From assembly GCF_022539665.2 (NCBI RefSeq), contig NC_081332.1, forward strand, positions 434,001 through 498,000: a stretch of 64,000 nt of DNA. The letters run 5' to 3'. Positions 10,944 through 21,627 of this stretch are shown here, piece by piece. How positions within the stretch are numbered: position 1 is the first letter of the stretch; each line of letters opens with the position of its first letter. Origin of the DNA: Daphnia carinata. Taxonomy: Eukaryota. The notes below the pieces were generated by a model, which saw only the letters and a list, made by a program, of their open reading frames with translations, searched no databases and was not told the origin of the DNA. The position numbers and the translations under genes are program-made.

Positions 10944-11015
10944 TTGATTGACTTAAAAAATTTCTAAAATATGAGTGTGTGTTAATGTGCAAAAAACTAC
11001 AAAAATACTATAAAA

Positions 11016-11097
11016 TGACAGTGAAGGGATTCGAACCCTTGCCTCCGAAGAGACTGGTGCCTAAAACCAGCGCCATAGACCACTCGGCCACACTATC
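11016..11097 (-). tRNA. tRNA-Leu-TAG: tRNA-Leu(TAG), unit 7
   Basis: copy of 1031-1112. Confidence 0.95.
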
Positions 11098-11259
11098 CAA
11101 TAGTTATATGGTTCCCGTACATCAATTTATTTGCTGCACCATAGTTATATTGTTCACAATAGAAAAACATACCTGGTACTAAACGCTACGAAGATTACAT
11201 TACCCATCAAGATAATAACTGCACAGCATGTAAATGACTTATCAAATTGTTTGGGAGAT

Positions 11260-11341
11260 CGCAGACAGCAGGGTTCGAACCTGCGCTCCAAGATGGAAAC
11301 AGATTTCAAGTCTGTCGCCTTAACCACTCGGCCATGTCTGC
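11260..11341 (-). tRNA. tRNA-Ser-TGA: tRNA-Ser(TGA), unit 7
   Basis: copy of 1275-1356. Confidence 0.95.
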
Positions 11342-11730
11342 TTGTATTCGCCCATGCAATAACATTGCACGGTAAAACCCAGCTCTATAAAGCCCCATTC
11401 AAAAAAGTTTGCATAAACTTTTATTCCCAGTGGGAATTCATTTCTACTGTTCTAATAACAAATAAAACTAGGTGATGAAGATGTAAGCAGCCGGAAGAGC
11501 AATTGTGTGCTGTAGATTACTTATCTGCACGAAAGGGGCACAAATGGAATCTTCTTTGGGCGATCACCTGCCACTCTGTCGCATGGCTACTTTACTACCT
11601 CATAGCTGTCATTGTTTGATTTGGGGCACGTTATTCTAAAGAAATTTGGGCCTCTTCATGACTACTAGGGGCGAGGAAGGGCGTTTTACACCAAAATGAT
11701 TTGTGTAACTGAAATAGGTAAACGCACTAG

Positions 11731-11803
11731 TGGCCCGTAATAGGATCGAACTCATGACCTCCGCGTCTTAGCACGACGCTCTAACCAGCTGAGCTAACAG
11801 GCC
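11731..11803 (-). pseudogene. tRNA-Ile a copy with damaged 6-nt anticodon loop, unit 8
   Basis: cgcgttattag > cgcgtcttag (1-nt loss plus substitution), plus T-stem and anticodon-stem changes. Confidence 0.8.
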
Positions 11804-12041
11804 ACGGAATATGCTCGCACGCACGAAAAATCAGCGAGTGCATTCGCAAGCAGAACATGCCATAGCCCACGTAAAATGAAAGAAAGCCGTCAAACAACCA
11901 GCGAAGGATTAGAAAAGCCCAAGAAAAAGCCCCCTTCAAGAACACTTCCAGCTTGACTGAAGGAATTGAGGGCCGAATGGTTATCAAACGCGTGCCACGA
12001 AAGCAGACTGGATTTTCAGAAAAATAAGTAATAGTCTTACA

Positions 12042-12114
12042 CGCCCAACGTGGGGCTCGAACCCACGACCCTGAGATTAAGAGTCTCATGCTCTACCGAC
12101 TGAGCTAGCCAGGC
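12042..12114 (-). tRNA. tRNA-Lys-CTT: tRNA-Lys(CTT), unit 8
   Basis: copy of 414-486. Confidence 0.95.
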
Positions 12115-12512
12115 ACACGTTATGTAGAAGTGCTTGCATTTGATGTGACACCCTTTCCGCTATGTTTTGGAAAAACCATCTCTTTTAATATGCTAATTAA
12201 CAAGACATGAACTGCAATCAATAAATTAAACAAACTCTTTACTACCAATAAAAATTCACCCTGTGATTCATTTTTAATGGATACTGGAAGTATCTGGAGG
12301 TTTCGGCTGTAAGTCGGAAGACTTAGAAGCCCAATCATAGATGACCATAGCTGCACTGCAGCTGGCACTATGATTTGCAAACTTCCTATAATTACATATA
12401 ATCAGTTGATATTGTTGCTGACAAGGCAATGACGATGTACTAATTTCGGTACTACTGCAATCACGAGAAGTAGGTAGTTTAAATACTGCGTTGAAAGAGT
12501 AACATTCGTTAC

Positions 12513-12586
12513 TGGCCCGTAGGAGGATCGAACTCATGACCTCCGCGTTATTAGCACGGCGCTCTAACCAACTGAGCTAACGGGCC
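12513..12586 (-). tRNA. tRNA-Ile-AAT: tRNA-Ile(AAT) b, unit 8
   Basis: copy of 885-958. Confidence 0.95.
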
Positions 12587-12658
12587 TTGATTGACTTAAA
12601 AAATTTCTAAAATATGAGTGTGTGTTAATGTGCAAAAAACTACAAAAATACTATAAAA

Positions 12659-12740
12659 TGACAGTGAAGGGATTCGAACCCTTGCCTCCGAAGAGACTGG
12701 TGCCTAAAACCAGCGCCATAGACCACTCGGCCACACTATC
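12659..12740 (-). tRNA. tRNA-Leu-TAG: tRNA-Leu(TAG), unit 8
   Basis: copy of 1031-1112. Confidence 0.95.
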
Positions 12741-12902
12741 CAATAGTTATATGGTTCCCGTACATCAATTTATTTGCTGCACCATAGTTATATTGTTCAC
12801 AATAGAAAAACATACCTGGTACTAAACGCTACGAAGATTACATTACCCATCAAGATAATAACTGCACAGCATGTAAATGACTTATCAAATTGTTTGGGAG
12901 AT

Positions 12903-12984
12903 CGCAGACAGCAGGGTTCGAACCTGCGCTCCAAGATGGAAACAGATTTCAAGTCTGTCGCCTTAACCACTCGGCCATGTCTGC
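12903..12984 (-). tRNA. tRNA-Ser-TGA: tRNA-Ser(TGA), unit 8
   Basis: copy of 1275-1356. Confidence 0.95.
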
Positions 12985-13373
12985 TTGTATTCGCCCATGC
13001 AATAACATTGCACGGTAAAACCCAGCTCTATAAAGCCCCATTCAAAAAAGTTTGCATAAACTTTTATTCCCAGTGGGAATTCATTTCTACTGTTCTAATA
13101 ACAAATAAAACTAGGTGATGAAGATGTAAGCAGCCGGAAGAGCAATTGTGTGCTGTAGATTACTTATCTGCACGAAAGGGGCACAAATGGAATCTTCTTT
13201 GGGCGATCACCTGCCACTCTGTCGCATGGCTACTTTACTACCTCATAGCTGTCATTGTTTGATTTGGGGCACGTTATTCTAAAGAAATTTGGGCCTCTTC
13301 ATGACTACTAGGGGCGAGGAAGGGCGTTTTACACCAAAATGATTTGTGTAACTGAAATAGGTAAACGCACTAG

Positions 13374-13447
13374 TGGCCCGTAAGAGGATCGAACTCATGA
13401 CCTTCGCGTTATTAGCACGACGCTCTAACCAGCTGAGCTAACAGGCC
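13374..13447 (-). tRNA. tRNA-Ile-AAT: tRNA-Ile(AAT) a, unit 9
   Basis: copy of 102-175. Confidence 0.95.
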
Positions 13448-13684
13448 ACGGAATATGCTCGCACGCACGAAAAATCAGCGAGTGCATTCGCAAGCAGAAC
13501 ATGCCATAGCCCACGTAAAATGAAAGAAAGCCGTCAAACAACCAGCGAAGGATTAGAAAAGCCCAAGAAAAAGCCCCTTCAAGAACACTTCCAGCTTGAC
13601 TGAAGGAATTGAGGGCCGAATGGTTATCAAACGCGTGCCACGAAAGCAGACTGGATTTTCAGAAAAATAAGTAATAGTCTTACA

Positions 13685-13757
13685 CGCCCAACGTGGGGCT
13701 CGAACCCACGACCCTGAGATTAAGAGTCTCATGCTCTACCGACTGAGCTAGCCAGGC
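13685..13757 (-). tRNA. tRNA-Lys-CTT: tRNA-Lys(CTT), unit 9
   Basis: copy of 414-486. Confidence 0.95.
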
Positions 13758-14155
13758 ACACGTTATGTAGAAGTGCTTGCATTTGATGTGACACCCTTTC
13801 CGCTATGTTTTGGAAAAACCATCTCTTTTAATATGCTAATTAACAAGACATGAACTGCAATCAATAAATTAAACAAACTCTTTACTACCAATAAAAATTC
13901 ACCCTGTGATTCATTTTTAATGGATACTGGAAGTATCTGGAGGTTTCGGCTGTAAGTCGGAAGACTTAGAAGCCCAATCATAGATGACCATAGCTGCACT
14001 GCAGCTGGCACTATGATTTGCAAACTTCCTATAATTACATATAATCAGTTGATATTGTTGCTGACAAGGCAATGACGATGTACTAATTTCGGTACTACTG
14101 CAATCACGAGAAGTAGGTAGTTTAAATACTGCGTTGAAAGAGTAACATTCGTTAC

Positions 14156-14229
14156 TGGCCCGTAGGAGGATCGAACTCATGACCTCCGCGTTATTAGCAC
14201 GGCGCTCTAACCAACTGAGCTAACGGGCC
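14156..14229 (-). tRNA. tRNA-Ile-AAT: tRNA-Ile(AAT) b, unit 9
   Basis: copy of 885-958. Confidence 0.95.
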
Positions 14230-14301
14230 TTGATTGACTTAAAAAATTTCTAAAATATGAGTGTGTGTTAATGTGCAAAAAACTACAAAAATACTATAAA
14301 A

Positions 14302-14383
14302 TGACAGTGAAGGGATTCGAACCCTTGCCTCCGAAGAGACTGGTGCCTAAAACCAGCGCCATAGACCACTCGGCCACACTATC
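14302..14383 (-). tRNA. tRNA-Leu-TAG: tRNA-Leu(TAG), unit 9
   Basis: copy of 1031-1112. Confidence 0.95.
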
Positions 14384-14545
14384 CAATAGTTATATGGTTC
14401 CCGTACATCAATTTATTTGCTGCACCATAGTTATATTGTTCACAATAGAAAAACATACCTGGTACTAAACGCTACGAAGATTACATTACCCATCAAGATA
14501 ATAACTGCACAGCATGTAAATGACTTATCAAATTGTTTGGGAGAT

Positions 14546-14627
14546 CGCAGACAGCAGGGTTCGAACCTGCGCTCCAAGATGGAAACAGATTTCAAGTCTG
14601 TCGCCTTAACCACTCGGCCATGTCTGC
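14546..14627 (-). tRNA. tRNA-Ser-TGA: tRNA-Ser(TGA), unit 9
   Basis: copy of 1275-1356. Confidence 0.95.
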
Positions 14628-15016
14628 TTGTATTCGCCCATGCAATAACATTGCACGGTAAAACCCAGCTCTATAAAGCCCCATTCAAAAAAGTTTGCAT
14701 AAACTTTTATTCCCAGTGGGAATTCATTTCTACTGTTCTAATAACAAATAAAACTAGGTGATGAAGATGTAAGCAGCCGGAAGAGCAATTGTGTGCTGTA
14801 GATTACTTATCTGCACGAAAGGGGCACAAATGGAATCTTCTTTGGGCGATCACCTGCCACTCTGTCGCATGGCTACTTTACTACCTCATAGCTGTCATTG
14901 TTTGATTTGGGGCACGTTATTCTAAAGAAATTTGGGCCTCTTCATGACTACTAGGGGCGAGGAAGGGCGTTTTACACCAAAATGATTTGTGTAACTGAAA
15001 TAGGTAAACGCACTAG

Positions 15017-15090
15017 TGGCCCGTAAGAGGATCGAACTCATGACCTTCGCGTTATTAGCACGACGCTCTAACCAGCTGAGCTAACAGGCC
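15017..15090 (-). tRNA. tRNA-Ile-AAT: tRNA-Ile(AAT) a, unit 10
   Basis: copy of 102-175. Confidence 0.95.
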
Positions 15091-15327
15091 ACGGAATATG
15101 CTCGCACGCACGAAAAATCAGCGAGTGCATTCGCAAGCAGAACATGCCATAGCCCACGTAAAATGAAAGAAAGCCGTCAAACAACCAGCGAAGGATTAGA
15201 AAAGCCCAAGAAAAAGCCCCTTCAAGAACACTTCCAGCTTGACTGAAGGAATTGAGGGCCGAATGGTTATCAAACGCGTGCCACGAAAGCAGACTGGATT
15301 TTCAGAAAAATAAGTAATAGTCTTACA

Positions 15328-15400
15328 CGCCCAACGTGGGGCTCGAACCCACGACCCTGAGATTAAGAGTCTCATGCTCTACCGACTGAGCTAGCCAGGC
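15328..15400 (-). tRNA. tRNA-Lys-CTT: tRNA-Lys(CTT), unit 10
   Basis: copy of 414-486. Confidence 0.95.
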
Positions 15401-15798
15401 ACACGTTATGTAGAAGTGCTTGCATTTGATGTGACACCCTTTCCGCTATGTTTTGGAAAAACCATCTCTTTTAATATGCTAATTAACAAGACATGAACTG
15501 CAATCAATAAATTAAACAAACTCTTTACTACCAATAAAAATTCACCCTGTGATTCATTTTTAATGGATACTGGAAGTATCTGGAGGTTTCGGCTGTAAGT
15601 CGGAAGACTTAGAAGCCCAATCATAGATGACCATAGCTGCACTGCAGCTGGCACTATGATTTGCAAACTTCCTATAATTACATATAATCAGTTGATATTG
15701 TTGCTGACAAGGCAATGACGATGTACTAATTTCGGTACTACTGCAATCACGAGAAGTAGGTAGTTTAGATACTGCGTTGAAAGAGTAACATTCGTTAC

Positions 15799-15872
15799 TG
15801 GCCCGTAGGAGGATCGAACTCATGACCTCCGCGTTATTAGCACGGCGCTCTAACCAACTGAGCTAACGGGCC
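15799..15872 (-). tRNA. tRNA-Ile-AAT: tRNA-Ile(AAT) b, unit 10
   Basis: copy of 885-958. Confidence 0.95.
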
Positions 15873-15944
15873 TTGATTGACTTAAAAAATTTCTAAAATA
15901 TGAGTGTGTGTTAATGTGCAAAAAACTACAAAAATACTATAAAA

Positions 15945-16026
15945 TGACAGTGAAGGGATTCGAACCCTTGCCTCCGAAGAGACTGGTGCCTAAAACCAGC
16001 GCCATAGACCACTCGGCCACACTATC
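15945..16026 (-). tRNA. tRNA-Leu-TAG: tRNA-Leu(TAG), unit 10
   Basis: copy of 1031-1112. Confidence 0.95.
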
Positions 16027-16188
16027 CAATAGTTATATGGTTCCCGTACATCAATTTATTTGCTGCACCATAGTTATATTGTTCACAATAGAAAAACATA
16101 CCTGGTACTAAACGCTACGAAGATTACATTACCCATCAAGATAATAACTGCACAGCATGTAAATGACTTATCAAATTGTTTGGGAGAT

Positions 16189-16270
16189 CGCAGACAGCAG
16201 GGTTCGAACCTGCGCTCCAAGATGGAAACAGATTTCAAGTCTGTCGCCTTAACCACTCGGCCATGTCTGC
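16189..16270 (-). tRNA. tRNA-Ser-TGA: tRNA-Ser(TGA), unit 10
   Basis: copy of 1275-1356. Confidence 0.95.
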
Positions 16271-16659
16271 TTGTATTCGCCCATGCAATAACATTGCACG
16301 GTAAAACCCAGCTCTATAAAGCCCCATTCAAAAAAGTTTGCATAAACTTTTATTCCCAGTGGGAATTCATTTCTACTGTTCTAATAACAAATAAAACTAG
16401 GTGATGAAGATGTAAGCAGCCGGAAGAGCAATTGTGTGCTGTAGATTACTTATCTGCACGAAAGGGGCACAAATGGAATCTTCTTTGGGCGATCACCTGC
16501 CACTCTGTCGCATGGCTACTTTACTACCTCATAGCTGTCATTGTTTGATTTGGGGCACGTTATTCTAAAGAAATTTGGGCCTCTTCATGACTACTAGGGG
16601 CGAGGAAGGGCGTTTTACACCAAAATGATTTGTGTAACTGAAATAGGTAAACGCACTAG

Positions 16660-16733
16660 TGGCCCGTAAGAGGATCGAACTCATGACCTTCGCGTTATTA
16701 GCACGACGCTCTAACCAGCTGAGCTAACAGGCC
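16660..16733 (-). tRNA. tRNA-Ile-AAT: tRNA-Ile(AAT) a, unit 11
   Basis: copy of 102-175. Confidence 0.95.
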
Positions 16734-16970
16734 ACGGAATATGCTCGCACGCACGAAAAATCAGCGAGTGCATTCGCAAGCAGAACATGCCATAGCCCAC
16801 GTAAAATGAAAGAAAGCCGTCAAACAACCAGCGAAGGATTAGAAAAGCCCAAGAAAAAGCCCCTTCAAGAACACTTCCAGCTTGACTGAAGGAATTGAGG
16901 GCCGAATGGTTATCAAACGCGTGCCACGAAAGCAGACTGGATTTTCAGAAAAATAAGTAATAGTCTTACA

Positions 16971-17043
16971 CGACCAACGTGGGGCTCGAACCCACGACCC
17001 TGAGATTAAGAGTCTCATGCTCTACCGACTGAGCTAGCCAGGC
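16971..17043 (-). tRNA. tRNA-Lys-CTT: tRNA-Lys(CTT), unit 11 (acceptor-stem mismatch at 16973)
   Basis: cgcccaacg > cgaccaacg. Confidence 0.88.
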
Positions 17044-17441
17044 ACACGTTATGTAGAAGTGCTTGCATTTGATGTGACACCCTTTCCGCTATGTTTTGGA
17101 AAAACCATCTCTTTTAATATGCTAATTAACAAGACATGAACTGCAATCAATAAATTAAACAAACTCTTTACTACCAATAAAAATTCACCCTGTGATTCAT
17201 TTTTAATGGATACTGGAAGTATCTGGAGGTTTCGGCTGTAAGTCGGAAGACTTAGAAGCCCAATCATAGATGACCATAGCTGCACTGCAGCTGGCACTAT
17301 GATTTGCAAACTTCCTATAATTACATATAATCAGTTGATATTGTTGCTGACAAGGCAATGACGATGTACTAATTTCGGTACTACTGCAATCACGAGAAGT
17401 AGGTAGTTTAAATACTGCGTTGAAAGAGTAACATTCGTTAC

Positions 17442-17515
17442 TGGCCCGTAGGAGGATCGAACTCATGACCTCCGCGTTATTAGCACGGCGCTCTAACCAA
17501 CTGAGCTAACGGGCC
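17442..17515 (-). tRNA. tRNA-Ile-AAT: tRNA-Ile(AAT) b, unit 11
   Basis: copy of 885-958. Confidence 0.95.
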
Positions 17516-17587
17516 TTGATTGACTTAAAAAATTTCTAAAATATGAGTGTGTGTTAATGTGCAAAAAACTACAAAAATACTATAAAA

Positions 17588-17669
17588 TGACAGTGAAGGG
17601 ATTCGAACCCTTGCCTCCGAAGAGACTGGTGCCTAAAACCAGCGCCATAGACCACTCGGCCACACTATC
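17588..17669 (-). tRNA. tRNA-Leu-TAG: tRNA-Leu(TAG), unit 11
   Basis: copy of 1031-1112. Confidence 0.95.
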
Positions 17670-17831
17670 CAATAGTTATATGGTTCCCGTACATCAATTT
17701 ATTTGCTGCACCATAGTTATATTGTTCACAATAGAAAAACATACCTGGTACTAAACGCTACGAAGATTACATTACCCATCAAGATAATAACTGCACAGCA
17801 TGTAAATGACTTATCAAATTGTTTGGGAGAT

Positions 17832-17913
17832 CGCAGACAGCAGGGTTCGAACCTGCGCTCCAAGATGGAAACAGATTTCAAGTCTGTCGCCTTAACCACT
17901 CGGCCATGTCTGC
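17832..17913 (-). tRNA. tRNA-Ser-TGA: tRNA-Ser(TGA), unit 11
   Basis: copy of 1275-1356. Confidence 0.95.
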
Positions 17914-18302
17914 TTGTATTCGCCCATGCAATAACATTGCACGGTAAAACCCAGCTCTATAAAGCCCCATTCAAAAAAGTTTGCATAAACTTTTATTCCC
18001 AGTGGGAATTCATTTCTACTGTTCTAATAACAAATAAAACTAGGTGATGAAGATGTAAGCAGCCGGAAGAGCAATTGTGTGCTGTAGATTACTTATCTGC
18101 ACGAAAGGGGCACAAATGGAATCTTCTTTGGGCGATCACCTGCCACTCTGTCGCATGGCTACTTTACTACCTCATAGCTGTCATTGTTTGATTTGGGGCA
18201 CGTTATTCTAAAGAAATTTGGGCCTCTTCATGACTACTAGGGGCGAGGAAGGGCGTTTTACACCAAAATGATTTGTGTAACTGAAATAGGTAAACGCACT
18301 AG

Positions 18303-18376
18303 TGGCCCGTAAGAGGATCGAACTCATGACCTTCGCGTTATTAGCACGACGCTCTAACCAGCTGAGCTAACAGGCC
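18303..18376 (-). tRNA. tRNA-Ile-AAT: tRNA-Ile(AAT) a, unit 12 (partial unit)
   Basis: copy of 102-175. Confidence 0.95.
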
Positions 18377-18613
18377 ACGGAATATGCTCGCACGCACGAA
18401 AAATCACCGAGTGCATTCGCAAGCAGAACATGCCATAGCCCACGTAAAATGAAAGAAAGCCGTCAAACAACCAGCGAAGGATTAGAAAAGCCCAAGAAAA
18501 AGCCCCTTCAAGAACACTTCCAGCTTGACTGAAGGAATTGAGGGCCGAATGGTTATCAAACGCGTGCCACGAAAGCAGACTGGATTTTCAGAAAAATAAG
18601 TAATAGTCTTACA

Positions 18614-18686
18614 CGCCCAACGTGGGGCTCGAACCCACGACCCTGAGATTAAGAGTCTCATGCTCTACCGACTGAGCTAGCCAGGC
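18614..18686 (-). tRNA. tRNA-Lys-CTT: tRNA-Lys(CTT), unit 12 (partial unit)
   Basis: copy of 414-486. Confidence 0.95.
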
Positions 18687-19003
18687 ACACGTTATGTAGA
18701 AGTGCTTGCATTTGATGTGACACCCTTTCCGCTATGTTTTGGAAAAACCATCTCTTTTAATATGCTAATTAACAAGACATGAACTGCAATCAATAAATTA
18801 AACAAACTCTTTACTACCAATAAAAATTCACCCTGTGATTCATTTTTAATGGATACTGGAAGTATCTGGAGGTTTCGGCTGTAAGTCGGAAGACTTAGAA
18901 GCCCAATCATAGATGACCATAGCTGCACTGCAGCTGGCACTATGATTTGCAAACTTCCTATAATTACATATAATCAGTTGATATTGTTGCTGACAAGGCA
19001 ATG

Positions 19004-19004
<1 letters not shown>

Positions 19005-19034
<30 letters not shown>

Positions 19035-19121
19035 CTTCTTCTTCTTCTTCTTCTTCTTCTTCTTCTTCTTCTTCTTCTTCTTCTTCTTCTTCTTCTTCTT
19101 CTTCTTCTTCTTCTTCTTCTT

Positions 19122-19151
<30 letters not shown>
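19005..19151. repeat. (CTT)49 trinucleotide microsatellite
   Basis: pure 147-nt CTT run at the point where unit 12 is truncated. Confidence 0.98.
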
Positions 19152-19152
<1 letters not shown>

Positions 19153-19395
19153 GTGCATACAGTATAGCACACAGTATATCCTAGCGCCTCGTGATACAAT
19201 ACTTCTCATGGTATTTCGTCAAACAACATTTTAGTCCCTCCTTCTTAGGGACGGAATTTGTGGTTCCACGATTGTATCCCGCGGTTTACCGGTATGCGGC
19301 ACCCGGCACGAGTTTACGTTAGATGGGGGCTCTACCGAACAACAACAAAAGTCTAGAATTCACATTGTCGTAATCCAATACTAATTTTACAAGAC

Positions 19396-21275
19396 ATGAG
19401 TTCGAAGGGGAATCCGCATCCTTTTGTTTATTGGGCTCAAAATAGTTCACGTGTATTGCTTCGGGTGGACTTAAAGGATGTAAAGGTAAACCTGATTAAA
19501 GTGTATTGCAATCAGTATATTAGTCGACAGGATTCATGGATATGTATTTTGTTTACTAACATTCACTATTGTTGTTTTTTTTTGGTTTTGTAACTGTAAG
19601 GATCCTGATGTGCAAGTTAATGAGAATCATATAAAGTTTATGGCAACAGGCATGGGAGCAAGAGGAATAGAACTGTATGAATTTGAATTGGAACTCTGTG
19701 CAAGTATAGTCCCTATGGTAGGAAATATTTTTCAGCGGTAATCATCCTAATCATCTAAATGGTTTATCATTCTTTTAGTCGAGTCAGTATAGGGTTACTG
19801 CTCGGCAGATAGATATCAGCTTAAAAAAACAGAATGATGGCTGGTGGCCAAAACTTAACGGTTCCAGTTTGAAACCATCCTGGCTCAAGGTTTACAAATT
19901 GTCAAAACTGGCAAATGGTAGTTGTACATGTATTTGATTGTGATTTACAGATTGATTTTGATAAATGGAGAACTGAAGAAGATGATGATGAAACAGAATT
20001 AGGAACAACACAATTGGATGAGCATAACAGTGAACATGTTGTTGTGGATCACATGAGTTTCAATCTAGAAAACCTCAGGAAAACATACTTATTTGTGTAC
20101 AATTTATGGCAATTTCTTGGATTCACATATATTTTTTCCGTTTTAGTTTTCAAGTATTCAACAATTGGATTGGGTGAGTTCCATTTTAATGCAATGCTTC
20201 CAAAAATTGTCCAATATGGATTTTTCCTGTTAACTTTCTATATATTTAGGTGTCTATCCATTACTAAATCACATAGACATATATTGATACAGTTTTGGGT
20301 GAAAGCGTCTTTCACAGTTTCTTTTTTCAGTATTCTTTTACCGTACTTATTTACGTGCTTATCATCTCTTCGCTGTCAAGAATTTGAGCCGAACTTACTT
20401 CTGCTTTACTCATTTTAGACCGGTTTCATATAGTAGTAGACAAAGCACGATAAAAGAATTGTGAAACAAGCTACCGTAAAATCTACTTTCGCCCATCAAT
20501 ATCAATGTTTATATATACATAAAAATTTCGAATTCAATTGTTCGAATTTTTCACTTATTCTTTTTTTTCCCAGATTTCATACCAACGGCATATCAATTCG
20601 TTCACTATCCTCTTAAGTTTTGTCAGCTCATGCAAACTCTAGAGATTTTTCATCCTTTATTTGGCTATACTAAAGGAAGTGTTATGGAGCCTACCGTGCA
20701 AGTTGGTGGAAGATCTATTATTCTGTTTTGTTTAATTGAAGCCGAAGAAAGAATACAAAACAAGCCTGTCATATTCTACCTGATCCTATGTTGGTCAGCT
20801 ATAGAGCTCTTTAGGTATCATCCAGTTTATGTGCTATTGGGTCTGTAACGAATAATACTACATTGTGATCTACGCAGATATCCGTACTACATGACGAGAG
20901 TATATGACAGAGATTTTGGGATTATTACCTGGTTGCGATACACTGTTTGGATTCCTCTTTACCCGCTAGGATTTTTATGTGAAGGAATTGTTATATTGCG
21001 GTATGAAGCGGCACATAACTGATTATTTTTTCATCTATTTAATTGCAATATCATTTCTTAGAAACATTCCATATTTCGAAGAAACCGGAAAGTTTTCTGT
21101 TGGGCTGCCAAACAAATGGAATTTTTCTTTCCATTTTCCGACGCTAATGAGAATGTATCTTTTGTTTTTCTTTTTGCCGGCAATGTATACAATGATGTCA
21201 TACATGTCCAAGCAGCGCCAAAAAAAGCTAAAAAAAACGGAAGACCCTCAACTCACCAAAACTAAAATAAACTAA
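19396..21275 (+). CDS. HACD3: Very-long-chain 3-hydroxyacyl-CoA dehydratase 3 (PTPLAD1): CS/p23-like N-terminus + PTPLA domain; 7 exons
   Basis: GT-AG exons 19396-19485, 19601-19717, 19779-19889, 19951-20173, 20574-20814, 20878-21000, 21062-21275 join in frame; PFVYWAQ, WLKIDFDKW, YLFVYNLWQF, ELFRYPYY, catalytic LYPLGFLCE, C-terminal KxKxx (KTKIN). Confidence 0.92.
20282..20510. repeat. Degenerate foldback/MITE-like inverted repeat in HACD3 intron 4
   Basis: tgggtgaaag/ctttcgccca, ttcacagtttcttt/aaagaattgtgaa, cgtgctt/aagcacg; this intron is 400 nt vs ~60-115 nt for the others. Confidence 0.45.
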
Positions 21276-21627
21276 TTACTTTCTTGTCGTCGATGTAAAA
21301 GTCATGCACAGCAATTTAAAATGTGTACTTCGAACGATACTTGAAAAGGCAGAATAATACAACTGGTAATTCATATCATTACTAATACTCCAGAAGCTTG
21401 GCACAATGTTTTTTAAATGTGGAACGACCTTTAAATCTTTTCAAAATTTAGTTAACATGTGAATTGAATTTTATTATTTCTTAATTATAAAGATTAAGCA
21501 GAAGTAAATTTGTGCTTTAACAGGAAAAATTAGAATGATGGTTTCGACTTACTTAATAGCAGTATTTAAAATGTGTGCTTTTTTCGTGTTTCTTAAAACT
21601 CAACAAGTAAATGTTCACATTTATTTT

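Larger units (their letters stand above)
1..19004. repeat. Tandem tRNA-gene array, ~1643-1644 bp unit, 11 complete units + 1 partial (continues off the left edge)
   Basis: GTTATTCTAAAGAAATTTGG recurs at 1, 1645, 3289, 4932, 6574, 8345, 9989, 11630, 13273, 14916, 16559, 18202; units near-identical; unit 5 is longer because of a 129-bp insertion. Confidence 0.99.

Noticed and set aside
153..18952. Recurrent 67-157 aa ORFs in the array
   Set aside because: Chance frames across tRNA genes and spacers; they break with neutral indels between units
1..19004. CRISPR-like array
   Set aside because: Whole units, including spacers, are identical; eukaryotic context; no cas genes
18846..19199. Poly-lysine ORF
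   Set aside because: Translation of the (CTT)49 microsatellite
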